DNA of 46,227 nt, the filler included, from Sphingomonadaceae bacterium (lineage in GTDB: Bacteria > Chloroflexota > UBA6077): NCBI GenBank assembly GCA_050261575.1. It is 3 parts of 3 records of this genome, joined end to end, with 100 filler letters (N's around TTAATTAATTAA, not from the genome) between each part and the next. Parts side by side here need not be neighbours in the genome. Positions count along the whole stretch, not along the records: positions 1 to 22,100 come from JBLNDL010000097.1; positions 22,201 to 33,425 come from JBLNDL010000101.1; 1 more part is not named here. One strand, written 5' to 3'. Below, in pieces: positions 20,276 through 28,347 of this stretch. Position 1 is the stretch's first letter. Each line of letters begins with the position of its first letter. Under the pieces are notes generated by a model that had not been told where the DNA came from, searched no databases, and saw only the letters and a program-made list of their open reading frames with translations. The position numbers and the translations under genes were made by a program.

Positions 20276-20878
20276 CTACTGGATGCTCACGATCTTGCCA
20301 TCGGGCCCGACGACGTAGATGTACGGGACCTCGCTGCTGCCGCCGGGGCCGTCCACCGAGAGGACGTAGAAGTAGACGGATCCGCCCTGGCTGAGGGGGA
20401 CGCCGCCGACGTAGGTGGCGCCGAGGTAGCGGCGCCCCTGCCTCCTGGCGGTATCCAGTTCCGCCTGAAGCTGCTGTATGGAGGACTCGCCCGGCTGCAT
20501 CGAGTCCTTCATCTCGTCGCTGATCAGATCCCACATGGCTCTTCCGTCGAACGAGGCCTGGGCCTGCAGGTACTGCTCGACCACCGGTGAGGGCGGGAGC
20601 TGGTTGGACGCCGTTACCGACGTGAGGCCGCCCGGCTGGGCGGAGGGCTGGAGGGCGGAGGCTGGGGTTCCCTTCGTGAAGGTTCCCAGGCTGTTCCAGG
20701 CGATGGCGCCGAGGGCGACGAGCAGCAGGAGGGCGTAGCGAACGGCCCTCCGCCGGAGCACGAAGCGGATTCCCAGGAAGATCAGGACGACAGTCTTGAT
20801 GAGCCCGTGAAGGAGGAATCGCAGGGGAAGAGTCAAAGGGTTCCTTCCATGCCTGCCCTGGTCCTCGTCTGCGGTCAT
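20276..20878 (-). CDS. Hypothetical membrane protein with a C-terminal soluble (NTF2-like?) domain
   Basis: Two hydrophobic segments, a Pro/Ser linker and a compact domain. Stop lies 11 nt before the FtsH-like start. Confidence 0.7.
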   Translation of the reverse strand: MTADEDQGRHGRNPLTLPLRFLLHGLIKTVVLIFLGIRFVLRRRAVRYALLLLVALGAIAWNSLGTFTKGTPASALQPSAQPGGLTSVTASNQLPPSPVVEQYLQAQASFDGRAMWDLISDEMKDSMQPGESSIQQLQAELDTARRQGRRYLGATYVGGVPLSQGGSVYFYVLSVDGPGGSSEVPYIYVVGPDGKIVSIQ

Positions 20879-21246
20879 GGCGCACGCACCTTTCGCGGGG
20901 CTAGTCTGTATACGGCGCAGGGCCAAAGGCTACCACCTTTGGTACCTGCACGCTCTTCAGCAACTCGCCGGCCGCGGCCAACCGTACCCGTCCGCCGCGG
21001 TGCCCCGCAAGGCGATCGGTGCCCGGTTCGGCGACCCGCGGGGCGGAGACCCTGAGTGGGCGCCGCGGAAGCGAGGGTCCGGCCGCCGGTGCACGGCCCA
21101 TCCGGCCGCGCCCTCGGTGACCGCTCCCCTCCACCTTGGCAAAATGTGTGCCGATGAGGAGGAAGAGTGGGGGGGGCAGGGGATGGCCGGCAGTGCGCCT
21201 GCGTCTCCGGCCGGGCTGCGGGCCGAACTGGCTGGAGGGAGGCATA

Positions 21247-21275
21247 TTGCCGGGAAGGCCCGCATCTGGTATAGT
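21247..21275 (+). promoter_or_regulatory. tRNA promoter
   Basis: TTGCCG, 17-nt spacer, TATAGT with an extended TG. Confidence 0.7.
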
Positions 21276-21285
21276 ATCTGTGTCA

Positions 21286-21361
21286 GGGCGAGTAGCTCAG
21301 CCGGTCAGAGCGCACGGTTCACATCCGTGAGGTCGCGGGTTCGAGTCCCTCCTCGCCCACC
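21286..21361 (+). tRNA. tRNA-Val (anticodon CAC)
   Basis: Acceptor stem GGGCGAG/CTCGCCC, D arm TAGCTCAGCCGGTCAGAGC, anticodon arm CACGG-TTCACAT-CCGTG, T loop TTCGAGT. CCA is not fully encoded (ACCG). Confidence 0.95.
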
Positions 21362-21364
21362 GAG

Positions 21365-21396
21365 AATGCCTAGCAGTCGCTAGGCATTTCTTGTTG
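21365..21396 (+). terminator. Intrinsic terminator after the tRNA
   Basis: AATGCCTAGC-AGTC-GCTAGGCATT followed by TCTTGTT. Confidence 0.8.
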
Positions 21397-21577
21397 CCTG
21401 GTCCGCTGTCACCATTCTGTCAGGCTTTACCGCGAGCGTTTTCGCGCCTCACACCGTGCGCGCCCACGGGCGCTGGTGCAACAATCGGCCCTCGAGCAAC
21501 TTGGTTGACTCTGGCCCCCTTGGCATGAGGCCAACCAGGAGCCAACCCGCTCCCGCCAGGACTCACTTGGCGCAGGC

Positions 21578-21652
21578 CTAAGCAGGTATCTCTAGTCCAT
21601 GTCAACTTCTCCGGCGGGAAACGTGTACCCTTGATCTAGAGATACCGCTTAG
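21578..21652. mobile_element. About 75-bp TIR element (MITE-like), copy 2, inverted relative to copy 1
   Basis: CTAAGCAGGTATCTCTAG ... CTAGAGATACC-GCTTAG. Interior is homologous to 4980-5053. Confidence 0.75.
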
Positions 21653-21737
21653 TTCTGGCTGGTGAAGGCGTAACACCCCTCTTCCTTGCGCCATTGGTAT
21701 CCATGCTTGCGTACGTGGCGGGGCATAGGGAAGGTAC

Positions 21738-21918
21738 GCGAGTGCCGAGGGAAAGAGGGGCGCTCTGTTCTACACGCCGTCCCACGTGGTGCGCGTGCCG
21801 GTCGAATCTCGCGCCTTGCAGGGGACGGATCTACGATGCCTGCCGTGGCTCGGGGGGCATGTTCGTGCAGAGCGAGAAGCCCATCGAAGCCCACGCGAGC
21901 AGGATCGGTGACATCTCC
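21738..21918 (+). pseudogene. hsdM: Type I restriction-modification methyltransferase (HsdM) internal remnant
   Basis: ASAEGKRGALFYTPSHVVRVPVE, a frameshift, then LAPCRGRIYDACRGSGGMFVQSEKPIEAHASRIGDIS. Matches the HsdM FYTP...YDPCCGSGGMF motif I region. Confidence 0.85.
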
Positions 21919-21977
21919 GCGCGGGGATGCGATGAGGCGCTTCCGATATTGGCTACCCCCCTCGATCGGATACTCGG

Positions 21978-22100
21978 CTACGCCAGCCTGGGCAGGGTCA
22001 CCTCTTCGAGGGCGATGCCGTCGTCGCTCCGACGGACGACTATGCTCTTGCGCCATCGGGCGTCGTCCCTCTGCAGGTAGTCCTCCCGGAAGTGGCTCCC
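21978..22100 (-). CDS. 3' end of an SdhA/FrdA/NadB-type flavoprotein (partial, contig end)
   Basis: GSHFREDYLQRDDARWRKSIVVR...LPRLA-TAG, matching the (ESR)GAHFREDYP.RDD..W C-terminal motif. Confidence 0.8.
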   Translation of the reverse strand, partial: GSHFREDYLQRDDARWRKSIVVRRSDDGIALEEVTLPRLA

Positions 22101-22200
22101 NNNNNNNNNNNNNNNNNNNNNNNNNNNNNNNNNNNNNNNNNNNNTTAATTAATTAANNNNNNNNNNNNNNNNNNNNNNNNNNNNNNNNNNNNNNNNNNNN
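22101..22200. other. Artificial contig linker
   Basis: N run, TTAATTAATTAA (stops in all six frames), N run. Confidence 0.99.
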
Positions 22201-22275
22201 GGCGCGGCCGCCCCCCACGCGCCGCGGGGCGGGGGGGCGTGTGGGGTGGGTGGGGGCGCCCCCCCCCCCCCCCCC

Positions 22276-23061
22276 CACCCCCAGCAGCTCGTCTTTTATA
22301 CTCGTCACGAACATGTGACCTGGGGCGTGGGTAATCATCAACTCCGGCTTGCTCTGCATCGCCACCGCCTGCGGAGTCACCCCGCACGCCCAGAACACCG
22401 GAACCTCGTCCTCCTTGATGGTGACCGGATCGCCGAAGTCCGGTTTCGAGATATCCTTGATGCCGATCTGGGCCGGATCCCCAACGTGCACCGGCGCGCC
22501 GTGGACCGACGGGAATCGGCTGGTGACCTGCACCGCCCGAACCACCTGCTCGTGAGGGATTGGCCTCATCGAGACCACCATCGGGCCGTGGAACACGCCC
22601 GCGGGGACGCACTGGCGAGAGGTGATGTACATGGGCACCGTCACTTCCTCCTCGATGTGGCGCAGCGGGATGCCGTTGGCCGCCAGGGCCCGCTCGAAGC
22701 TGAAGGAGCATCCCAGCAGGAAGCCCACCAGATCGTCGCGCCAGTAGGAGAGGATGTCGGTGGTCTTGTCCGCCAGGCGCCCCTCCCGATACACGCGATA
22801 GCGAGGCACGTCGGTCCGCAGGTCGGCCTCGCGCCCCGCAAGCGGGGGATGGGGGTCGCCCGGCTCGGTCACGTCCAGCACCGGGCACGGTTTCGGATTC
22901 CGCTGACAGAACAGCAGGAAGTCGAATGCGTACTCCATTGGCAGGAACACCAAGTTCGCCTGCGCGTACCCCTGGCACACGCCGGCCGTGGTTCGCCGGA
23001 ACTCGCCTCGCCGGATAAGCTGCCACAACTCGCTGGGGCTCACGGCGGACAGATCTACCAT
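22276..23061 (-). CDS. Putative hydro-lyase, DUF1445/YcsI (D-glutamate cyclase family); 3' end lost in a low-complexity contig tip
   Basis: GYAQANLV, FCQRNPKPCP, DLRTDVPRY, GCSFSFE, MVVSMRP, HGAPVH, FWACGVTPQ, THAPGHM. Confidence 0.9.
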
Positions 23062-23198
23062 GGGGCCTCCTCCTTACGCAGTCCTTGCCGGCTCTGCACT
23101 ACGAAGTAACACGGTACTCGATGATACACCCTTTTGCCCCTCGGGAGATATCCACCGCGAGCCCCACTCTATGCCACGGGGCTCGCGGAACGGCCCGC

Positions 23199-26100
23199 TC
23201 AGCGCCGCCGAACCAGGTTGTAGGCCACCGGCACCACCACCAGCGTCAGGAGGGTGGAGGTGAACAGGCCGCCGATCACCACCGTGGCCAGTTCCGCGGC
23301 GATGATCGACCCCCTCTCCCACCCCAGCGCCAGCGGCATCAAGGCCAGGATCGTCGTCAGGGCGGTCATCAGGATCGGGCGCGCCCGCACACGTCCGGCC
23401 TCCACGAGCGCGTTGCGCGGATCCCTGCCGTCCCGCATCGTCCGGCGCGCGAAGTCCAGAAGCACGATCGCGTTGGTCACCACGATCCCTATCAGCATCA
23501 GCAGCCCTATCATTGCCGACATGCTGAGGGTTCGGCCGGTCACGTAGAGCAGGGGTATCGCCCCCACCGCCGCGAGCGGAAGCGAGAGCAGGATCACCAG
23601 CGGCTCCAGCAGCGAACCGAAGAAGAGCGCCATCACGAGGTACACCAGCGCCACCCCCACGAGCTGCCCCACCGCCATGGTGGAGAAGCCCTCGGACATC
23701 TGCTCCATCACCCCACCGTACTGCACCGATACCCCACTCGGCAGCCTCAACGACTCCAGCCGCTCCTTGACCTGGCGGGACACCGCGCCCGTGTCCGCAG
23801 CCACGATGTCGCCGGTGAGGTTGACCGCCGGGCTCTGGGCAACCCGTGTGATCTGGACGGGCCTAGTCTCCTGGCTGATTCGGGCGATATCGGAAAGGGG
23901 CGCCGACTTGGGAGTCCCGAACGGCAGCTTCCCCAGCTTCTCCGGGCTCTCCACCGCCTCCCGAGGAACCGAGAGCCGGATGTCCAGATCCACCCCGCCC
24001 TGCGTGATCTGTCCCACCGTCTGCCCGGCGATCATCCCGCGGATCTCCGTCGCCAGTTGGGCGGTGGTCAGACCCAGTTCGGCTGCCTTGCCGGGATCCA
24101 CCTGGATGGCGATCTCGGAGGCCGATCTGGTCCGATCGCCGGAGAGGTTCTCCAGCCCCTGGATCTCCCGTATCGCGCGCTCGGCCTCCTCGGCCACCCT
24201 CTCCACGACTTCCAAGTCCTGCCCGCTCACCGTGACCTGCATCCGCGCGGTCCCCGCCGACTGCTGGCCGGTGACGCTGATGCGGCTGTCTCCTTGGATG
24301 CTCGCCAGCGACTCCCTTAACTCGGCGGCGGTGGACTCCAGGTCCGCCCCGTCCTCCAGCCTCACCATGATGGTGGCCGTCCCCGCCCCCTGGCCAGCCA
24401 GGGCCGTCCGCAGGGAGGACAGCGCGCCGGTCTCGTCGCCCAGAGTCGTCTGGTGGAGGGCCACGCCGGCCGTCTCGCCGAGCACCCGCTCCACCTCCGC
24501 GGCCTTCAGGGAAACCGTCTCCCTGCTCGCTCCGGGCGCGGGCACCACCTGGATCATCAGCCGCTTCTCCTCGTCGGACGGCATGAAGGAGGTGGGTATC
24601 CTGGGAATGAGCGACAGGCTGGCTCCCAACAGGGCCGCCGCCAGCAGCAGCGTGGCGGCCCGATGGTCCAGCGCCGTCCGCAGCAGGCGGGTGTAGCTCC
24701 GCAGGGGCCAGGAGCCTTCCGGCCTGCGAGCCCCACCGTTGGCGGCCTCGGCCGTGGCCCCCGCTCCCGCCCGCGCCACCGGCTCGTCCCACACGTCCCG
24801 CATCCTCAGAGGGAGCTCCTCGCCCTCCTGGCCCTGCGGCGGGCGCAGGAAGAGCCGGCACAGCGCCGGCACCACGGTGAGCGCCACCAGCAACGAGGCC
24901 AGTAGGGCGAAGGTGACAGTCAGGGCAAACGGGCGGAACGCCTGTCCGATGATGCCCCCGATGAACCCGAGCGGCAGGAAGACCGCCACGGTGGTGGCGG
25001 TGGAGGCCGCGATCGGCATCGCCACCTCGGCCGTGGCGGCCCGCGCTGCCACCTCGGGGCGCTCTCCCCTCTGAACGTGCCGGTGGGCGTTCTCCAGCAC
25101 CACGATGCTGTCGTCTACCACCCGCCCCATCGCGACCGCCAGCCCGGCCAGGGTCATCACGTTGAGGCTGAACCCCTGCCAGTCCATGATCGCCAGCGCA
25201 AGGGCGATGGAGAGGGGAATCGATACCGCAGAGATCAGCGTGCCTCGCGGGCTCCAGAGGAAGGCGAAGATCACCAGCACGGCGAAGAGCATCCCAAGCA
25301 CGGCCTCGCGGGTCAGCCCGCGGAGAGAAGCCTCCACGTACCGCGACTCGTCCGCCACCACAGCTACCTCCACCTCTTCCCCCAACTGCCCCTTCAACTC
25401 CTCGAGCTTCTCGATCACCCCCACGGCCACCCGCACCGTGTTGGCCTCCTGGGTCTTGCTCACCATCACCAGCACACTGGGGCGGCCGTTCGTGCGGGAG
25501 ATGCCGCCCGAGGTGGAGGGCACCACGTCCACCGTGGCGATCTCCTTCAGCTTCACCGTAGGGACCTGCTGCGGCTGCGGGAGTGGCTCCAGGGAACGTT
25601 GCGCGCCGGCCGGCCGGCTGCCGCCCGAGGGCTGGGCGGGCGGCTGCGACGGCGAGGTCCGCGGCACTGGGACCACCAGCTTCTGGCCGGGGTAGATCCT
25701 GTCCGGGTCGGCGAGGCCGCTGGCCCGGGCGATCTCCTCCACCGTGGTGCCGTACCGGCGTGCCAGGTCGCTCACCGTGTCCCCCGATTGCACCACGTGC
25801 TGGCCGGGTTGGGAGGCGGGCTGGCTGGAAGTCGCGGGAGGCGGCCGAGATGGCGCCACCGGAGGGGCGCCGCCGGCCAGGCCGGAGGGTGCTGCGCCGC
25901 GATCCGCCCCCACCACCATCTCCTCCACCTCCGCCACATCGCGGAACTGGTGCAGGGTGCGCACGGGGATCGTCTGGCCGCCCACCTCCACGCTGCCTCC
26001 CGGCAGGGCGAGGCTATTGGCCTGGAGGAGGCTGGCCACCTGCTGGAGAGAGATCCCCTTCTGCGCCGCCTTCTCCGGGTCCAGCACCACGCTCACCTGC

Positions 26101-26639
26101 TGCTCCTCCCCACCCAGGAGGTCGACCGAGTACACCCCCTCCACCCGGCTCAGCTCGGGCACCAACTTCTCGGAGGCGATCCGCCTCAGATCCGAGAGGG
26201 GGAGCCGGCCTGAGAGGCTGATCTGCACCACCGGCAGGTCATTGAGGTTGACTCTGGCGGTCTTCGGCGGCTGGGCGTTCTGGGGCAGCGATACCCCGGA
26301 GATGGCCGACTGGATGTCCGCCTCGGCCTCCTTGGTGTCCCGACCGAACTCGAACTCGGCGACGACGACCGACAGCCCCTCGGCGGAAGTGGATTGCAGC
26401 CGTTTCAGCCCCGGCACGCCGCTCACCGCCTGCTCCACCGGCTCGGTGACCTGGTCCACCACGTCCTGTGGAGAGGCGCCCGGATAGGCGACTATGGTGG
26501 TGACGATGGGGAAGTTGAGGTCCGGCATCATCTCCACCTTCAGCCGCGTCGCTGCCAGGCCTCCCCCCACCAGCACCGCCGTGGCCAGCAGCAGGGTGGC
26601 CATCACCCTCCGGAGCGCCAGATCAGTTAGGCGAGTGAT
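23199..26639 (-). CDS. RND (AcrB/SwrC-like) efflux permease with an inserted LysM domain
   Basis: VVDDSIVVLEN, VTNAIVLLD, RARPILMT, VIGGLFTSTLLTL. LysM at 25668-25799. Start placed at ATC 26639 (SD GAGGGAGG); the first canonical start is GTG 26606. Confidence 0.92.
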   Translation of the reverse strand: MTRLTDLALRRVMATLLLATAVLVGGGLAATRLKVEMMPDLNFPIVTTIVAYPGASPQDVVDQVTEPVEQAVSGVPGLKRLQSTSAEGLSVVVAEFEFGRDTKEAEADIQSAISGVSLPQNAQPPKTARVNLNDLPVVQISLSGRLPLSDLRRIASEKLVPELSRVEGVYSVDLLGGEEQQVSVVLDPEKAAQKGISLQQVASLLQANSLALPGGSVEVGGQTIPVRTLHQFRDVAEVEEMVVGADRGAAPSGLAGGAPPVAPSRPPPATSSQPASQPGQHVVQSGDTVSDLARRYGTTVEEIARASGLADPDRIYPGQKLVVPVPRTSPSQPPAQPSGGSRPAGAQRSLEPLPQPQQVPTVKLKEIATVDVVPSTSGGISRTNGRPSVLVMVSKTQEANTVRVAVGVIEKLEELKGQLGEEVEVAVVADESRYVEASLRGLTREAVLGMLFAVLVIFAFLWSPRGTLISAVSIPLSIALALAIMDWQGFSLNVMTLAGLAVAMGRVVDDSIVVLENAHRHVQRGERPEVAARAATAEVAMPIAASTATTVAVFLPLGFIGGIIGQAFRPFALTVTFALLASLLVALTVVPALCRLFLRPPQGQEGEELPLRMRDVWDEPVARAGAGATAEAANGGARRPEGSWPLRSYTRLLRTALDHRAATLLLAAALLGASLSLIPRIPTSFMPSDEEKRLMIQVVPAPGASRETVSLKAAEVERVLGETAGVALHQTTLGDETGALSSLRTALAGQGAGTATIMVRLEDGADLESTAAELRESLASIQGDSRISVTGQQSAGTARMQVTVSGQDLEVVERVAEEAERAIREIQGLENLSGDRTRSASEIAIQVDPGKAAELGLTTAQLATEIRGMIAGQTVGQITQGGVDLDIRLSVPREAVESPEKLGKLPFGTPKSAPLSDIARISQETRPVQITRVAQSPAVNLTGDIVAADTGAVSRQVKERLESLRLPSGVSVQYGGVMEQMSEGFSTMAVGQLVGVALVYLVMALFFGSLLEPLVILLSLPLAAVGAIPLLYVTGRTLSMSAMIGLLMLIGIVVTNAIVLLDFARRTMRDGRDPRNALVEAGRVRARPILMTALTTILALMPLALGWERGSIIAAELATVVIGGLFTSTLLTLVVVPVAYNLVRRR

Positions 26640-26765
26640 GCTCGGGCCTCCCTCGAAATGTCACAGGAAATGCCTCAGGAGGGCAAACCTTGTACCATTC
26701 CGATGGACCGATTCCTGCAGAGTCTGCTGGGATATCCCAATGGTCAAATGCGGAGGCCCGCTTCC

Positions 26766-27155
26766 TTGGCAAAAAAGGTGCTGATAGTCGAGGACGAACC
26801 TGACATCCAAGAAGTAGAGAGAATGGTGGTGGAGGATCTGCTGGGCTGCGAGGTTGCCCTCGCCTCCACTGGCGAGGAAGCACTGGAGAAGGTGGCCGAG
26901 ATCTCTCCCGACCTGGTGGTGCTCGATCTGCTGCTGCCGGGCATCGACGGCTTCACCGTTGCATCGCAGATGCGCGCGGAGCCGAGGTTCGACGGCACCC
27001 CCATCCTCGCGCTGAGCGGCCTGACCCGGACCGAGGACAAGGAGAAGGCCAAGGCCGCCGGCTGCAGCGACGTACTGGATAAGCCCTTCGACCTGGACGC
27101 CCTGATGGAGAAGGTCGAGAAGCTCGTGGGCTCCTGCCGCGCTCCGTCCCCATGA
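26766..27155 (+). CDS. Single-domain response regulator (CheY/DivK-like)
   Basis: VLIVEDE, DLVVLDLLLPGIDG, ILALS, KPFD. TTG start follows CGGAGG. Confidence 0.9.
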   Translation: MAKKVLIVEDEPDIQEVERMVVEDLLGCEVALASTGEEALEKVAEISPDLVVLDLLLPGIDGFTVASQMRAEPRFDGTPILALSGLTRTEDKEKAKAAGCSDVLDKPFDLDALMEKVEKLVGSCRAPSP

Positions 27156-27170
27156 ACGGGTTCACCCCAA

Positions 27171-27199
27171 TTGAGCGTGCGGCCAACCGATGCTATAAT
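27171..27199 (+). promoter_or_regulatory. Promoter of rsfS
   Basis: TTGAGC, 17-nt spacer, TATAAT with an extended TG. Confidence 0.75.
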
Positions 27200-27240
27200 C
27201 CGCTTCCGGGCATCGAACGAGGAAGAGGAGGATCGGCCGA

Positions 27241-27588
27241 CTGGAACCCCAAGCGCTGGCGAGAAGGATCGTCGATATCGCCTCTGATAAGCAGGCTGTC
27301 GACGTGGTCATGCTCGATCTCCGAGACGTATCCCTCATCGCGGACTACTTCGTCATCTGCAGCGGCACCAGCGAGCGGCAAATCAAGGCCATCACGGACG
27401 ACATCGTGGAGACCCTGGCGCGAGAAGAGCGGGTGAAGCCGCTGCAGACGGAGGGGCGTCCAGACTCAGGCTGGGTGCTGCTGGACTACGGCAGCGTTGT
27501 AGTACACGTCTTCTCCCCCGAGGCTCGCGACTTCTACCGGCTGGAGAAGATCTGGTCACAGGCAGTGCCGGTACTCCGCATCGCGTAG
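27241..27588 (+). CDS. rsfS: Ribosome silencing factor
   Basis: (L)EPQALARRIVDIASDKQAVDV, ADYFVICSG, WVLLDYG, VHVF, FYRLEKIW. Probable CTG start follows AGGAGG. Confidence 0.93.
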   Translation: MEPQALARRIVDIASDKQAVDVVMLDLRDVSLIADYFVICSGTSERQIKAITDDIVETLAREERVKPLQTEGRPDSGWVLLDYGSVVVHVFSPEARDFYRLEKIWSQAVPVLRIA

Positions 27589-27618
27589 CGGCTGAAAGCT
27601 GCAAAGGAGCATCACCCC

Positions 27619-27801
27619 GTGAACAATAGGCGGAGCCCGCTATTCGGCGCCGGACTGGGCATCGGCATCGCCCTCGGATTCCTCCTCGGGTCGGTCCTGG
27701 CAGCCCGGGCGAGCGGCGACCCCACTCTGATCGTCAGATCCATCCTGGACAGGCTGATGCACAGGGAAGAAGGCGTGCGGTTCGAGGTGCTCCTCCAGTA
27801 G
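27619..27801 (+). CDS. Small single-TM protein (60 aa)
   Basis: SD AAAGGAG. Gly-rich TM helix GAGLGIGIALGFLLGS. Co-directional with rsfS. Confidence 0.65.
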   Translation: MNNRRSPLFGAGLGIGIALGFLLGSVLAARASGDPTLIVRSILDRLMHREEGVRFEVLLQ

Positions 27802-27840
27802 CGGTGGGCGCACCGCACACGCCCACCGCCCGCGGAAGCC

Positions 27841-28290
27841 CTACTCCGAGATCCACCTGTCGACGTCTCGGCTCCACCTCACCAGTTCCTCTTCCTTGAA
27901 CCAGAGGGCCACCTCGGCCTCGGCGTTTTCCGCCGAATCCGAGGCGTGGACCAGGTTCCGGCCGATCTCCATGGCCAGATCGGCCCTTATGCTCCCCGGC
28001 GAGGCCTGCACCGGGTTGGTGGCCCCCACCGTGGCCCGCACCGCCGCCACGGCGTCTTTCCCTTCGAAGACCGCCACCACCACCGGCGAGGCCGTGATGT
28101 AGTCGATCAGGGGGCCGAAGAACGGCTTGCCAGCGTGGACGGCGTAGTGGCGCCGGGCCAGCTCCTGGCTAACCGCCATCAGTTTCAGCCCCACCATCTT
28201 GAGCCCGCGGGCCTCGAACCTCTTCAACACCTCGCCAACCAGGCCCCGCTGCACACCGTCGGGTTTGACGATCACCAGAGTACGTTCCAT
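27841..28290 (-). CDS. ndk: Nucleoside diphosphate kinase
   Basis: ERTLVIVKPDGVQRGL, GATNP, PGSIR, NLVHASDS. Confidence 0.97.
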   Translation of the reverse strand: MERTLVIVKPDGVQRGLVGEVLKRFEARGLKMVGLKLMAVSQELARRHYAVHAGKPFFGPLIDYITASPVVVAVFEGKDAVAAVRATVGATNPVQASPGSIRADLAMEIGRNLVHASDSAENAEAEVALWFKEEELVRWSRDVDRWISE

Positions 28291-28347
28291 CTTTCTCCTT
28301 CAATGCCAGTTATCGGGACCGAGTGCTGGATGCTGGGCACTCGGTCC

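Noticed and set aside
18357..20885. 842-aa ORF as called
   Set aside because: The extension overlaps the 20276-20878 gene in another frame. The SD and homology start at 20264.
21340..21361. attL/attR duplication of the tRNA-Val 3' end
   Set aside because: No second copy and no integrase were seen in the window.
22101..22200. Gene linkage across the N-linkers
   Set aside because: The linkers are artificial, so adjacency between contigs is not biological evidence.
22201..22275. G/C homopolymer tract (also 33526-33590) as a G-quadruplex or poly-Gly tail
   Set aside because: It lies at contig tips and overwrites the end of a conserved gene, consistent with low-quality read tails.
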